A stretch of 64,000 nucleotides of DNA, from positions 118,229 to 182,228 of the forward strand of contig JAHFIQ010000002.1 in the NCBI GenBank assembly GCA_023246355.1, in the 5' to 3' direction. The notes under the pieces are model-generated. The model was not told the origin of the DNA, ran no database searches, and saw only the letters and a program-made list of their open reading frames with translations. The position numbers and the translations under genes were made by a program. The number at the start of each line of letters is the position of its first letter. The stretch's first letter is position 1. The stretch comes from Candidatus Uhrbacteria bacterium (GTDB lineage: Bacteria > Patescibacteriota > Patescibacteriia > UBA9934 > GWF2-40-263). Positions 20,641 to 29,793 of the stretch are shown piece by piece.

Positions 20641-20690
20641 AAAAAGGGCTCCTTAGGTAGTTAGCCGTTCGGATCCCTCTTCGTATTGAT
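20641..20690 (-). ncRNA. putative small RNA 2, tandem paralogue of sRNA 1
   Basis: Minus-strand TTGACA (20718-23) and extended -10 TG-T-TATAGT. Predicted RNA ATCAATACGAAGAGGGATCC...GGAGCCCT plus U5. It starts ATCA 6 nt after the -10 box, exactly as sRNA 1 does. Confidence 0.5.
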
Positions 20691-20742
20691 GCAGCTACTA
20701 TAACATAGTTTGATCGTTGTCAAACAGAACGAGACCTTATCT

Positions 20743-21102
20743 ATGTCAAATAAACATGGCCCTTGTCTGGAAAAGAACTGCTCGTGGTGCTGCAAGCCAG
20801 TGAAAGTGCCAGCCAATTTTCCAGACGAAAAGATTCCAAAGGATAAGGAAGGAAAGAAAATTTGGAAAGACCGTGACGAGCTCATTGTACCGGCCAGTGC
20901 ATTTGATCGAGTAAGACTCAAGACGTTCGACTGTGATTTGCTCGATTCAGAAACGGGGAAGTGTACCGATTACGAAAATCGTCCAGAGATTTGTCGGAAT
21001 ACGAGTTGTCTGGATGACACGTCGTCCAAGAGTGTTGACGAACAGCATAAAGATACGATTGACGAAGAATTTCTTGTTCTTCGTGGTCAACGAAAAAACT
21101 AA
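20743..21102 (+). CDS. YkgJ-family cysteine-cluster (Zn/Fe-S chelating) protein
   Basis: C-x4-CSWCC ... C...GKCTDYENRPEICR; ATG at 20743. Confidence 0.85.
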   Translation: MSNKHGPCLEKNCSWCCKPVKVPANFPDEKIPKDKEGKKIWKDRDELIVPASAFDRVRLKTFDCDLLDSETGKCTDYENRPEICRNTSCLDDTSSKSVDEQHKDTIDEEFLVLRGQRKN

Positions 21103-21105
21103 TGT

Positions 21106-22197
21106 ATGGGAAAAAAAGTTGTCGGCATTTTTTTTGGAGGTCGATCGGCGGAACATGAGATTTCGATGCTTTCAGCAACAAGCATCATGGAAGCCATTCC
21201 GAAGTCACGGTATTCAGTCGTTGCCATTGGGGTGAGAAAGGACGGCGGTTTTGTTTATTACCCAGGTGGGAAGGCTATTCTTCATGGAACTGATGCGAGT
21301 AAGGTGCGGTTGGCGCCGAGTGGTATTCCCGTGACGTTTCAGTTTGGAAAACGGCCAGGCTTGATAGCGCTGTCAAACAAGCGATTTCTGAAGCGACTTG
21401 ATGTGGTCTTTCCTGTTCTTCATGGAACGTATGGCGAGGACGGAACCATGCAAGGACTTCTGGAGATTGCCGGCCTACCCTATGTCGGCCCTGGCGTGCT
21501 TGGCTCTGCCATCGGAATGGATAAAGACGTGACAAAACGACTTTGGCGTGATGCAGGACTGCCCATTGCTGATTTTTTGGTGGCTCGATCATCACAAAAA
21601 AACTGGACGTACGCTCAAATCATAAAAAAGCTGGGAACTCCATTTTTTGTGAAACCTGCTGTTGCTGGTTCATCCGTAGGCGTTCACAAGGTTACGTCAT
21701 CTAGACAATTTGTGGTGGCAATGCGAGACGCGTTTTCCTATTGCGAGAAGGTTCTTATCGAAAGGATGGTTCAGGGTCGGGAAATAGAGTGTTCGGTTCT
21801 CGGTGGTGAGAATCCAAAAGTTTCGTTGCCAGGTGCGGTTATTCCAACACACAGTTTTTATTCTTACGAGGCGAAGTATCTTGATCCAGATGGTGCGCAG
21901 TTCGAGATACCGGCTCGAATGGCAAAAGCCAGTATTCGTCTTGTGCAGGACATTGTTCGAAAGGCTTATGTCTCGTTGGGACTGGAGGGAATGGCGCGTG
22001 TGGATGGATTTTTGGATGACGCAGGAGTGTTTACCCTCAATGAGGTAAACACGATTCCCGGATTTACCAAGATCAGCATGTATCCAAAACTGTGGAAAGT
22101 AAGCGGTTTTCCGTTTCCAGATCTTCTTGATCGTCTTTTGCAAGATGCTATGGATCGGTACGCAAGGGGTAGGAAGCTAAAAACAGGTCGGTTGTGA
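21106..22197 (+). CDS. ddl: D-alanine--D-alanine ligase
   Basis: GGRSAEHEIS, LHGTYGEDG, GSSVG and NEVNTIPG. Confidence 0.97.
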   Translation: MGKKVVGIFFGGRSAEHEISMLSATSIMEAIPKSRYSVVAIGVRKDGGFVYYPGGKAILHGTDASKVRLAPSGIPVTFQFGKRPGLIALSNKRFLKRLDVVFPVLHGTYGEDGTMQGLLEIAGLPYVGPGVLGSAIGMDKDVTKRLWRDAGLPIADFLVARSSQKNWTYAQIIKKLGTPFFVKPAVAGSSVGVHKVTSSRQFVVAMRDAFSYCEKVLIERMVQGREIECSVLGGENPKVSLPGAVIPTHSFYSYEAKYLDPDGAQFEIPARMAKASIRLVQDIVRKAYVSLGLEGMARVDGFLDDAGVFTLNEVNTIPGFTKISMYPKLWKVSGFPFPDLLDRLLQDAMDRYARGRKLKTGRL

Positions 22198-22213
22198 TAG
22201 ACTAATGCTCACT

Positions 22214-23623
22214 ATGACAAGAACATGGATCGATCAGACGCCCACCCTTGTTGGGCAAAGCGTGGTACTTAAGGGCTGGGTGCACCGGCTGCGAAAAATG
22301 GGCGATAAGCTGGTGTTTGTGGACTTGCGCGATGGTTCGGGTCTCGCACAGGTGGTGTTTTATAAACCAGATTTAGACACGGCTACGGCCTCAAAGGTCG
22401 ACGAACTCAAGCCGGAGTTTGTCTTGGAAGTGGAAGGAATGGTCAATAAACGCGGAGAGAAGCAAGTGAATCCTGAGATGAAAACGGGAACGGTAGAGAT
22501 TGGTGCGAAGAGTTTGACGATTCTGAACACCGCGCTCACGCCGCCATTTCCTGTGGATCAAGATTCAGCAAACGTGGCTGAGCATGTGCGGATGAAGTAT
22601 CGCTACTTGGATTTGCGTACAGAACGTCTGCAACATCATCTGAGACTTCGAAGTCAGTGGGTGCAGGCCTGCCGTGAGTATCTCTTCCAGAATCGATTTG
22701 TGGAAATCGAGACGCCGCTTCTGACCAAAGCCACCCCAGAAGGTTCTCGTGATTTTGTCGTGCCATCCCGTTTGCAACCAGGGAAATTTTTTGCGCTTCC
22801 GCAGAGCCCACAGCAGTACAAGCAATTGCTGATGTGTTCTGCCTTTGAGCGCTACTTTCAAACCGCTCGTGCTCTGCGTGATGAAGATCCTCGAGCTGAT
22901 CGAGGATTTGAGCATACGCAAGTCGATATCGAGATGAGTTTTGTGGAGCGTGAAGATGTCATGCAAATGGTGGAAGGGATGGTAACCGCAGCTGCAGAAA
23001 AACTCGGGTTCACCATTGCCAAGAAACCATTTCCTCGCATCAGCTACAAAGACGCGATGGCGACATACGGCGCGGATAAGTTTGATATGCGCACAGAGAC
23101 AGAGAAAGCCGCCGGGGTATTGGCTTATGCATGGGTGATCGACTTTCCATTTTTTGAGCGCGATACAAAGAGTGGTCGCTGGACATTTACGCACAATCCG
23201 TTTTCTAATCCTTTACCAGAGTTTCGTGAAGATCATCTCGCTGGCAAGAATATCGAAACCATACTGACATCTCAATATGACCTGGTCTGCAACGGCTATG
23301 AGTCTGGTGGTGGTTCCATTCGTGCTCACGAGGCCGACGTGTTGGAAGCCACATACAAAATCATGGGATACAGCAAAGAAGAGCTCGAGGGATCTGTCGG
23401 TCATATGTTGGAAGCCTTCCGGTTTGGCGCGCCTCCCCATGGCGGCATTGCCTTGGGGGTTGAACGCAACCTGATGAACCTGACAAGGGAATCAGCTCTA
23501 CGTGAAGTGGTTGCCTTTCCCATGACAGCCTCTGGTACCACATCAGTGATGGAGGCTCCAACGAACTTGGACGTGGAAACATTACTGGAATTACATCTGA
23601 AGACTACAGAGAAAAAAGGCTAA
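22214..23623 (+). CDS. aspS: aspartate--tRNA ligase, short form lacking the GAD domain
   Basis: RYLDLR, TPEGSRDF, LPQSPQQYKQLLM and PPHGGIALG; start is 22205 or 22214. Confidence 0.95.
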   Translation: MTRTWIDQTPTLVGQSVVLKGWVHRLRKMGDKLVFVDLRDGSGLAQVVFYKPDLDTATASKVDELKPEFVLEVEGMVNKRGEKQVNPEMKTGTVEIGAKSLTILNTALTPPFPVDQDSANVAEHVRMKYRYLDLRTERLQHHLRLRSQWVQACREYLFQNRFVEIETPLLTKATPEGSRDFVVPSRLQPGKFFALPQSPQQYKQLLMCSAFERYFQTARALRDEDPRADRGFEHTQVDIEMSFVEREDVMQMVEGMVTAAAEKLGFTIAKKPFPRISYKDAMATYGADKFDMRTETEKAAGVLAYAWVIDFPFFERDTKSGRWTFTHNPFSNPLPEFREDHLAGKNIETILTSQYDLVCNGYESGGGSIRAHEADVLEATYKIMGYSKEELEGSVGHMLEAFRFGAPPHGGIALGVERNLMNLTRESALREVVAFPMTASGTTSVMEAPTNLDVETLLELHLKTTEKKG

Positions 23624-23631
23624 CCTGAGGC

Positions 23632-23660
23632 AAAACGGTCCGCCTGAGGCGGATCGTTTT
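23632..23660 (+). terminator. hairpin terminator after aspS
   Basis: AAAACGGTCCGCC-TGA-GGCGGATCGTTTT. Confidence 0.7.
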
Positions 23661-23679
23661 GGTATAATGGCGGCGTGGT

Positions 23680-24378
23680 ATGTCGTTTGAAGTGAAGCTC
23701 GCAAAGTTCGATGGGCCTTTACACGTACTTTTGGAATTGATCCAGAACTCAAAGCTCCCCATCACAGAAGTTTCGCTTGCCAGCGTGACAGACGACTATC
23801 TGCGCTATCTTGACGAGCAAGACGTCCCCGTTTCCGAGCTTGCCGATTTTCTCGTGATCGCCACGCGCTTGTTGCTCATCAAGTCACAGGCGATTCTTCC
23901 TGTCCCTCAGGATGAGGAACAGGAAGATGCATCGACTCTCGCTCTCCAATTGCGTCTGTACCAAGAGTTTGTGGAAGCGTCCAAGCAGATCGAAGCCCTG
24001 TACGATCGCGCACAGAGATCATTTGAACGCGCCATGCCTGATGTGGTGAAGCCTGAGGGAGTTGAGATTCCTGTTGGCCTAAGCGGGGGCGTGCTTCACA
24101 GCGCGTTTCAAGGTTTGCTTAGACGACTTGAACCGTTCTTTCGTCTTCAAGAGGCGACCATGGAACGCGTTGTGTCCGTTCAGGAGCGGCTGCGTGAGAT
24201 TCACGAAGCGATTTTGAGCAAAGCAAAACTGACGTTCGCTCAATTTGCCGGCTCTGGTCGATCAAGAGTGGATGTGGTCGTGAGCTTCTTGGCGCTGTTG
24301 GAACTCGTGAAACAACGCATCGTCCATGTCATCCAAACGGACACGTTTCATGATATTGAAATTAAACGAGCGGATTAG
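23680..24378 (+). CDS. scpA: segregation and condensation protein A
   Basis: FDGPL..LL.LI and FLALLELVK. Confidence 0.95.
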   Translation: MSFEVKLAKFDGPLHVLLELIQNSKLPITEVSLASVTDDYLRYLDEQDVPVSELADFLVIATRLLLIKSQAILPVPQDEEQEDASTLALQLRLYQEFVEASKQIEALYDRAQRSFERAMPDVVKPEGVEIPVGLSGGVLHSAFQGLLRRLEPFFRLQEATMERVVSVQERLREIHEAILSKAKLTFAQFAGSGRSRVDVVVSFLALLELVKQRIVHVIQTDTFHDIEIKRAD

Positions 24379-24380
24379 GT

Positions 24381-24935
24381 ATGGTCACGACCACCATTGA
24401 AGCGGTGCTGTTTGCCGCAGCCAAACCCATCAGGATCAAAGACTTGCAAAAGCATCTTGAACTCTCCCAAGAGGTTGTTCGTGAAGCTCTTGATGCTCTT
24501 GCGGCTCAACGCAATACGACAAACTCAGGGATCCATCTCATCGAACACAATGAAGCCGTACAGCTCGTGAGCCATCCCGAGCTTGCACAAGACGTGGCGA
24601 AATTTTTGCGTGTGGAAGCCTCGGGCCCACTGACCCGGCCCTCGCTTGAGACCTTGACGATTATTGCCTACCGCGGTCCCATCACCAAGCCTGAAATCGA
24701 GATGATTCGTGGGGTGAATTGTTCCCTGATTATTCGCAACCTCCTCATTCGCGGTTTTGTGGTTGAGGAGCAAGACACCAAAAAACTTCAACCAATCTAC
24801 ACCGTGAGCCACGAGTTTTTACAAGCCTTGGGTATCGCGACGCTTCGTGACCTTCCCGAGTACCACGCCTTTCAAACCAACCAGAAGATCACTGAGCTTC
24901 TGAGTCGGGAACCTCAAGAGACTTCCGATGTATGA
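24381..24935 (+). CDS. scpB: segregation and condensation protein B
   Basis: IEAVLF and LETL.IIAYR.PIT..EIE.IRGV. Confidence 0.95.
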   Translation: MVTTTIEAVLFAAAKPIRIKDLQKHLELSQEVVREALDALAAQRNTTNSGIHLIEHNEAVQLVSHPELAQDVAKFLRVEASGPLTRPSLETLTIIAYRGPITKPEIEMIRGVNCSLIIRNLLIRGFVVEEQDTKKLQPIYTVSHEFLQALGIATLRDLPEYHAFQTNQKITELLSREPQETSDV

Positions 24936-25906
24936 TCATCAAGCTCTTCACGCAGCTGGTTCTTGCGACAACGGTTTTTCAGTTTTTTCCGATGGATGTT
25001 GGAGAGCTTGAACGTCGTGCCCTGTTGCCCGAGTCGCCGGCACGCTCGTTTGATTTGCTTGCGAGTTGGGACACCCTCAAGCATCTGCCTGAGGCCACTG
25101 ACCGAGAACGGGCTCCGAGAAAAATAGTGACGACAAGCATGGGGGTGGTGACGAGCGCCCAGAGTGCGATTGTGATGGATCGGCGTTCGGGAGAGGTGCT
25201 GTTTGAGAAAAATGTGCATGGTTCTCGGGCGATTGGTTCCATCACCAAACTCATGACCGCCCATGTGTTTCTACAAACGCAACCTGATCTTTCTGCGCCT
25301 GCCACCATCACCGATGAGGATGTGCGATTGGGCGCAACGCTTCATTTACCTGTTGGGGAAACCGTCACGATCCAAGATTTGCTTCGTGCCAGTCTTGTGG
25401 GTTCGGATAACACGGCCACGATGGCGCTCGCTCGGCTTTCAGGGTTGCCGCTTGGGGACTTTGTCGCCCGCATGAATGAGGAAGCCGCGGGGATGGGAAT
25501 GCAGGAAACAACGTTCGCCGATCCCGCGGGATTGTCTTCTGATAACGTATCTGTAGTGACAGATTTGGCACGGATGTTCGATACGATTTTGCAAAACGAA
25601 ACGATTGCACAGGTCACACAACAATCCGTCGTAAGCATCACCGGAAGCTCAGGTCGTACGTATACAATTGAAAGCACGGACGAGCTATTAACCTCATTTG
25701 TGAACCAGTCGCCTTATGAAATTCTCGGAGGGAAAACTGGGTTTCTTCCAGAAGCTGGCTATTGCCTCGGTTCCATTTTTTCTCACGAAGGAGAAGGAGA
25801 TGTCGTGGTCGTGGTGCTTGGATCTGAAACAAAAGAAGGTCGATTTCAAGATGTGAAGTCGTTGGCCGTTTGGGCGTATCAAACCTACGACTGGCAAACC
25901 TTATGA
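24932..25906 (+). CDS. peptidase S11 (D-Ala-D-Ala carboxypeptidase/endopeptidase)
   Basis: SITK (SxxK), SDN and KTG motifs. Confidence 0.9.
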   Translation: MIIKLFTQLVLATTVFQFFPMDVGELERRALLPESPARSFDLLASWDTLKHLPEATDRERAPRKIVTTSMGVVTSAQSAIVMDRRSGEVLFEKNVHGSRAIGSITKLMTAHVFLQTQPDLSAPATITDEDVRLGATLHLPVGETVTIQDLLRASLVGSDNTATMALARLSGLPLGDFVARMNEEAAGMGMQETTFADPAGLSSDNVSVVTDLARMFDTILQNETIAQVTQQSVVSITGSSGRTYTIESTDELLTSFVNQSPYEILGGKTGFLPEAGYCLGSIFSHEGEGDVVVVVLGSETKEGRFQDVKSLAVWAYQTYDWQTL

Positions 25907-26403
25907 TCGAGACACTTCTCACCTGGTTTCAAGGATTTCCACCAGAGCTCGTCGCGGGGCTTCTCTCCGCCCTGCCGCTCACTGAGACCCGTCTCGCGCT
26001 TCCGGTCGCGATTTTTGTCTTGCACCTTTCTCCACTGACGGCATATCTGACCACGCTCGCAGGAAATCTTGTACCCATGCCATGTATTTTTTATCTGTTG
26101 ACTCCGGCCTTGCGCGTCGTGCATCAGCACATTCCACGACTGGACGCTTGGTTTTTGCGCTGGAGAGAAAAACAAGAAAAGACATTTGGACAGAGTTACT
26201 CGAAGTGGGGGGCCTTCTTTTTATTTTTACTCGTGGTCACTCCAGGCCCTGGCACAGGAGTCTGGACTGCGAGCGCTCTTGCAGTGCTCTTCCACATTGA
26301 TCTGCGACTATCAGCCCTCTCGATCGTCTGCGGAGCCATCATAGGAAGTCTTGCTATTCTTGCAGTGACTCAGGGTGTGTTTGTTGGTCTGCATCTCCTA
26401 TGA
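25903..26403 (+). CDS. putative small multi-drug export membrane protein (COG2426)
   Basis: LP..E.R.A.P, GNL.P and P.PGTG.WT motifs. Confidence 0.85.
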   Translation: MIETLLTWFQGFPPELVAGLLSALPLTETRLALPVAIFVLHLSPLTAYLTTLAGNLVPMPCIFYLLTPALRVVHQHIPRLDAWFLRWREKQEKTFGQSYSKWGAFFLFLLVVTPGPGTGVWTASALAVLFHIDLRLSALSIVCGAIIGSLAILAVTQGVFVGLHLL

Positions 26404-27581
26404 GAATCGCGATTGATGGAACGACTCTGTGCTCCGCTGATGGTTCCCGCGGAGCAGGCATCGAGCACTACACCTGGTCGATCGTGAGGGCGATGATTCA
26501 GATGGGTGAACAGCACGAGTTTTTTATTTCAACTCCTCCATCTTTGTCCCGTGTGCGACGTCAGGAACTTCAAGCAATGGGTGGAAACGTTCATCTCCTT
26601 CCCACGTTTGGTCCAAAACTTTCCTTTGTGTCTCGGCACGTCATTCTGCCATTTCGATTTTTGCTCACGCGGCCAGATGTGTTGTTTTCACCGTTTGGTC
26701 AACTTCCTCTGCTCTGGCGCGGAAAAAGTGTGGTAACCGTCCACGATCTTTCGATCTACGAGCATCCCGAGTGGTTTCCACAAGCGCAGGATTTTTCCGT
26801 TCGCACACTGGTGCCAAAAAGTTTGGAGCGCGCCGACCGTGTGATCGCCGTGAGCGCCTCCACGCAAGGAAAACTTTATGCGCTCTTTCCAGTCACAGAA
26901 GGCAAGACCCAAGTTGTGCATGAGGGTGTGAGTTTGGAAGTTGCGTATGAAGCGCTGAAACACACCGACGAAACCAGTCGGCGTTTTCCGTTTGATCGGG
27001 ATCTGGTTCTCTGTTTAGGGACTGTGGAACCACGCAAGAATCTGGTCAGCGCCTTTCTGGCATTCGATCAGTTTTTGCAAAGTCATCCAGAGCAAGCTTC
27101 TCAAGTGCGTTTAATCGTTGCTGGAAAAAAAGGATGGCGTACGCAGGAAATAGAAAACGAGCTCATTCGTGTGAATCGCTCATGGAGAGAGAGTGAGCCA
27201 AACGGCGTCATTCAATGTCTGGGGCCGGTCACCGAAGAAGAAAAATGGAATCTTCTTGCTCGCGCCTCATGTCTGTTGTTTGTGTCCCTCGATGAAGGGT
27301 TTGGGTTGCCTGTCTTGGAAGCCATGGCTGTTGGGACACCCGTGATCATCTCCAATCGTGGCGCTCTCCCAGAAGTCGGTGGCGATGCGGCGATGTACGT
27401 TGAACCAGATGACATCGAGGGAATGTCCTTCGCTCTCTCTCAGTGTCTGCTTGTTCCCGAGGGCATCCGAGAGTTGAAAGAACTGGGGATCAAACGTGCT
27501 GCCGAGTTGAGTTGGGAGCGCGCGGCAAAGGAGACACTGAACGTGCTGGAAGAAGTTGGACGAGCAGATACAACAGCTTGA
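26400..27581 (+). CDS. glycosyltransferase, family 4
   Basis: VTVHDL, GTVEPRKNL and EGFGLPVLEAMA.G.PV. Confidence 0.95.
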   Translation: MRIAIDGTTLCSADGSRGAGIEHYTWSIVRAMIQMGEQHEFFISTPPSLSRVRRQELQAMGGNVHLLPTFGPKLSFVSRHVILPFRFLLTRPDVLFSPFGQLPLLWRGKSVVTVHDLSIYEHPEWFPQAQDFSVRTLVPKSLERADRVIAVSASTQGKLYALFPVTEGKTQVVHEGVSLEVAYEALKHTDETSRRFPFDRDLVLCLGTVEPRKNLVSAFLAFDQFLQSHPEQASQVRLIVAGKKGWRTQEIENELIRVNRSWRESEPNGVIQCLGPVTEEEKWNLLARASCLLFVSLDEGFGLPVLEAMAVGTPVIISNRGALPEVGGDAAMYVEPDDIEGMSFALSQCLLVPEGIRELKELGIKRAAELSWERAAKETLNVLEEVGRADTTA

Positions 27582-27614
27582 CTTCAGGTGAGAGCACCTA
27601 CACAATAGTCCTAT

Positions 27615-27845
27615 ATGGAACGAATTGAAGTGAATCCAAACATTATGGCTGGCAAGCCAGTCATTCGCGGAACGCGGATTTCTGTTTCGCTTGTTTTGAA
27701 TTTATTGGCGAATGGCTATACCCCATCACGTGTGATCGAGGCCTATCCTCAATTGACTTTTGAGGATGTACAAGCCGCCATGCAATTTGCTGCGTCTCTT
27801 GCCAACATGGAAGAGCGCTCCTATGGCCTGATCCAGCCCGTGTGA
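27615..27845 (+). CDS. DUF433 antitoxin
   Basis: P.IM.GKPVIRGTRI.V...YP.L..EDV.AA. Confidence 0.93.
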   Translation: MERIEVNPNIMAGKPVIRGTRISVSLVLNLLANGYTPSRVIEAYPQLTFEDVQAAMQFAASLANMEERSYGLIQPV

Positions 27846-28213
27846 AATTTTTGTTGGACGAAAATTTATCGAGGGAGACGGCAGAGTACATGAAAGGTTT
27901 GGGTTACGAAGCAGCCACTGTTTTTGATTTTGGCTTGTCTCAGTCGGAAGATCGCGAGATTGTCCATTCTGCTGCCGAGCACGGTTTTATTTTGATGACA
28001 TTCGATTTGGACTTCGTGTTCCTCTATAGAATATTTGGAGAAAAGAAATTTGGTGTCGTCATTTTTCGATTGCATGATCAGACGGTTGAGTCAGTGAATC
28101 AAGCCGTGGACCGATTATTGGAGAGTCGTTGTTTGGATGAAAAAGTGAATCAGCGAGGGGTGGTGATCGTGGATGAAGTGTCCATCCGTGTGCGTCGAGA
28201 GTCTGAAACCTAA
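27842..28213 (+). CDS. DUF5615 PIN-like toxin
   Basis: KFLLDENL..D.EI...T.D.DF; overlaps the DUF433 stop codon. Confidence 0.9.
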   Translation: MKFLLDENLSRETAEYMKGLGYEAATVFDFGLSQSEDREIVHSAAEHGFILMTFDLDFVFLYRIFGEKKFGVVIFRLHDQTVESVNQAVDRLLESRCLDEKVNQRGVVIVDEVSIRVRRESET

Positions 28214-28224
28214 ACACACATTGT

Positions 28225-29163
28225 ATGGAGACAAAAGATCGTGAGAAGATCTTAGAGAAAAAAGTGATGATCGGCGGTGAGTCTTTTGATCTTTTTCTTG
28301 ATCGGCAAAGGGGCGCCTCCCTGTATGTGAATGCTGATCGAAGTAGATACCTCCGTGTTGGCGATCCTGATGTTGTAGAAAAGGAGCTAGATTTTCACAA
28401 GCAACTTCTGGGAGGTGGGTTCCCTGTTTCAAGAATCCTTGACGAAGGACGTCTTGGTGAGCGATCGTATTGGTCTGAAGAATCGTTGGGCAATGACCAT
28501 CTTCACGACATATTTAAACAGGAAACAGAGAGTGCAGGGCTGATTTCTGAATCGTCTTTTAGAGCTTTTTTGAAGGTCGTTCAGCAATTCAATGCGGCAC
28601 AGGCAAGTACAGCGAATACGTTACCCATCGACTTTGAAAGACTCTCAGCTGCTGTTGGGTTTGATGGGATGATTCATGAACTTCCAGACCTCTCTGACGA
28701 TTTGCGCGCGAGTTGGAAAATGGTACAGGAGCGGCTGAAGGACTATCCAAGCTGTTTGACGCACGGGGATTTTAACCCGCACAACCTTTTTTCAAAAGGA
28801 GTGATTGACTTCGGCGATCACTTTGTTGGACCAATCGGATATGACGCAGTGACAGCAGTCACGACGCCGTTTTGGTTTCCTAAAGGAGAAGGTTTTGAAT
28901 TTCGGCGGAAGTATACGTTCACAGAGGATCAAGTCCGTCAGTTTTTCGATGCGTGTGGAACGTATCAAGTAGGCGAAAGAGAGATAGACATTCGTGATCG
29001 ATTTGACGAGCTTTTCTTGTTAAAGGCGGCTTGGTGGTCTGTACGTAATCAGCGCAATCCAAAATTACAGGAGTGGCGCTATGACAGATTTAGGAAAGTT
29101 GTTGATGAATTCATCCGTGGCGAGTCACTTCTCGAACATTGGCAATCGCATCTAAACGATTAA
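28225..29163 (+). CDS. aminoglycoside phosphotransferase / choline kinase family protein
   Basis: HGDFNPHN and IDFG motifs. Confidence 0.85.
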   Translation: METKDREKILEKKVMIGGESFDLFLDRQRGASLYVNADRSRYLRVGDPDVVEKELDFHKQLLGGGFPVSRILDEGRLGERSYWSEESLGNDHLHDIFKQETESAGLISESSFRAFLKVVQQFNAAQASTANTLPIDFERLSAAVGFDGMIHELPDLSDDLRASWKMVQERLKDYPSCLTHGDFNPHNLFSKGVIDFGDHFVGPIGYDAVTAVTTPFWFPKGEGFEFRRKYTFTEDQVRQFFDACGTYQVGEREIDIRDRFDELFLLKAAWWSVRNQRNPKLQEWRYDRFRKVVDEFIRGESLLEHWQSHLND

Positions 29164-29170
29164 TCCTCCA

Positions 29171-29207
29171 AACGAAAAGACAAACCTTGCTGGTCTGTCT
29201 TTTCGTT
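29171..29207. terminator. bidirectional terminator between convergent genes
   Basis: AACGAAAAGACA.ACC...GGT.TGTCTTTTCGTT. Confidence 0.7.
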
Positions 29208-29218
29208 GATGAGATATC

Positions 29219-29683
29219 TTAAAGTTTTGTCTGTAAATACGCAATCAGCACCACTTGGGCGAGCAGGGCGTAGTACAGAGGAACGTCGCCTTTGCGTTTC
29301 ACAAAAAAGTCGTGGAAGTAAAAGTGCATGCGCATGAACCAGCGCAGAAGTGGGGACTTGGTCAGATCATGGAGACCGACAAGCAGATCGGGGAGCACAC
29401 CACCGACGATGCCCCACGTGAAGGTGCGCATGGATTCAATGTCGCGGGTGTTGGCGAGCAGCAGGACGAAAAAAATCGCAAAGATGGCGTCGACCATCAC
29501 ATAGGCAACGGCTTGTTTCCGACGACGTTTGTGTACACGAAAATTGTCAGCCAACCCCGTGTCGCCGTGGGGAATCATGTCGATCAAAAAGTGGGAGATA
29601 AAGCCAAAGATGAAGGCAAGGACCGGGTTTCCTGTTGCGCGTCCAAGAACGGCTCCCAGCGTTGCATGAGTGGTCAGGGTCAT
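29219..29683 (-). CDS. membrane protein, putative metal-dependent hydrolase
   Basis: TTH..G, SHFLID.IPH.D, LPD and H..FH motifs; several TM helices. Confidence 0.7.
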   Translation of the reverse strand: MTLTTHATLGAVLGRATGNPVLAFIFGFISHFLIDMIPHGDTGLADNFRVHKRRRKQAVAYVMVDAIFAIFFVLLLANTRDIESMRTFTWGIVGGVLPDLLVGLHDLTKSPLLRWFMRMHFYFHDFFVKRKGDVPLYYALLAQVVLIAYLQTKL

Positions 29684-29793
29684 AACTGGGTTCTAGGATA
29701 GCAGTTTTTTTGGATCAAGGGTATCAACCCACCGCTTGATTCAAACGGGAGGATCAGGTAAAACGTTCAGCACCATGTTTTTGGGGTGAACAG

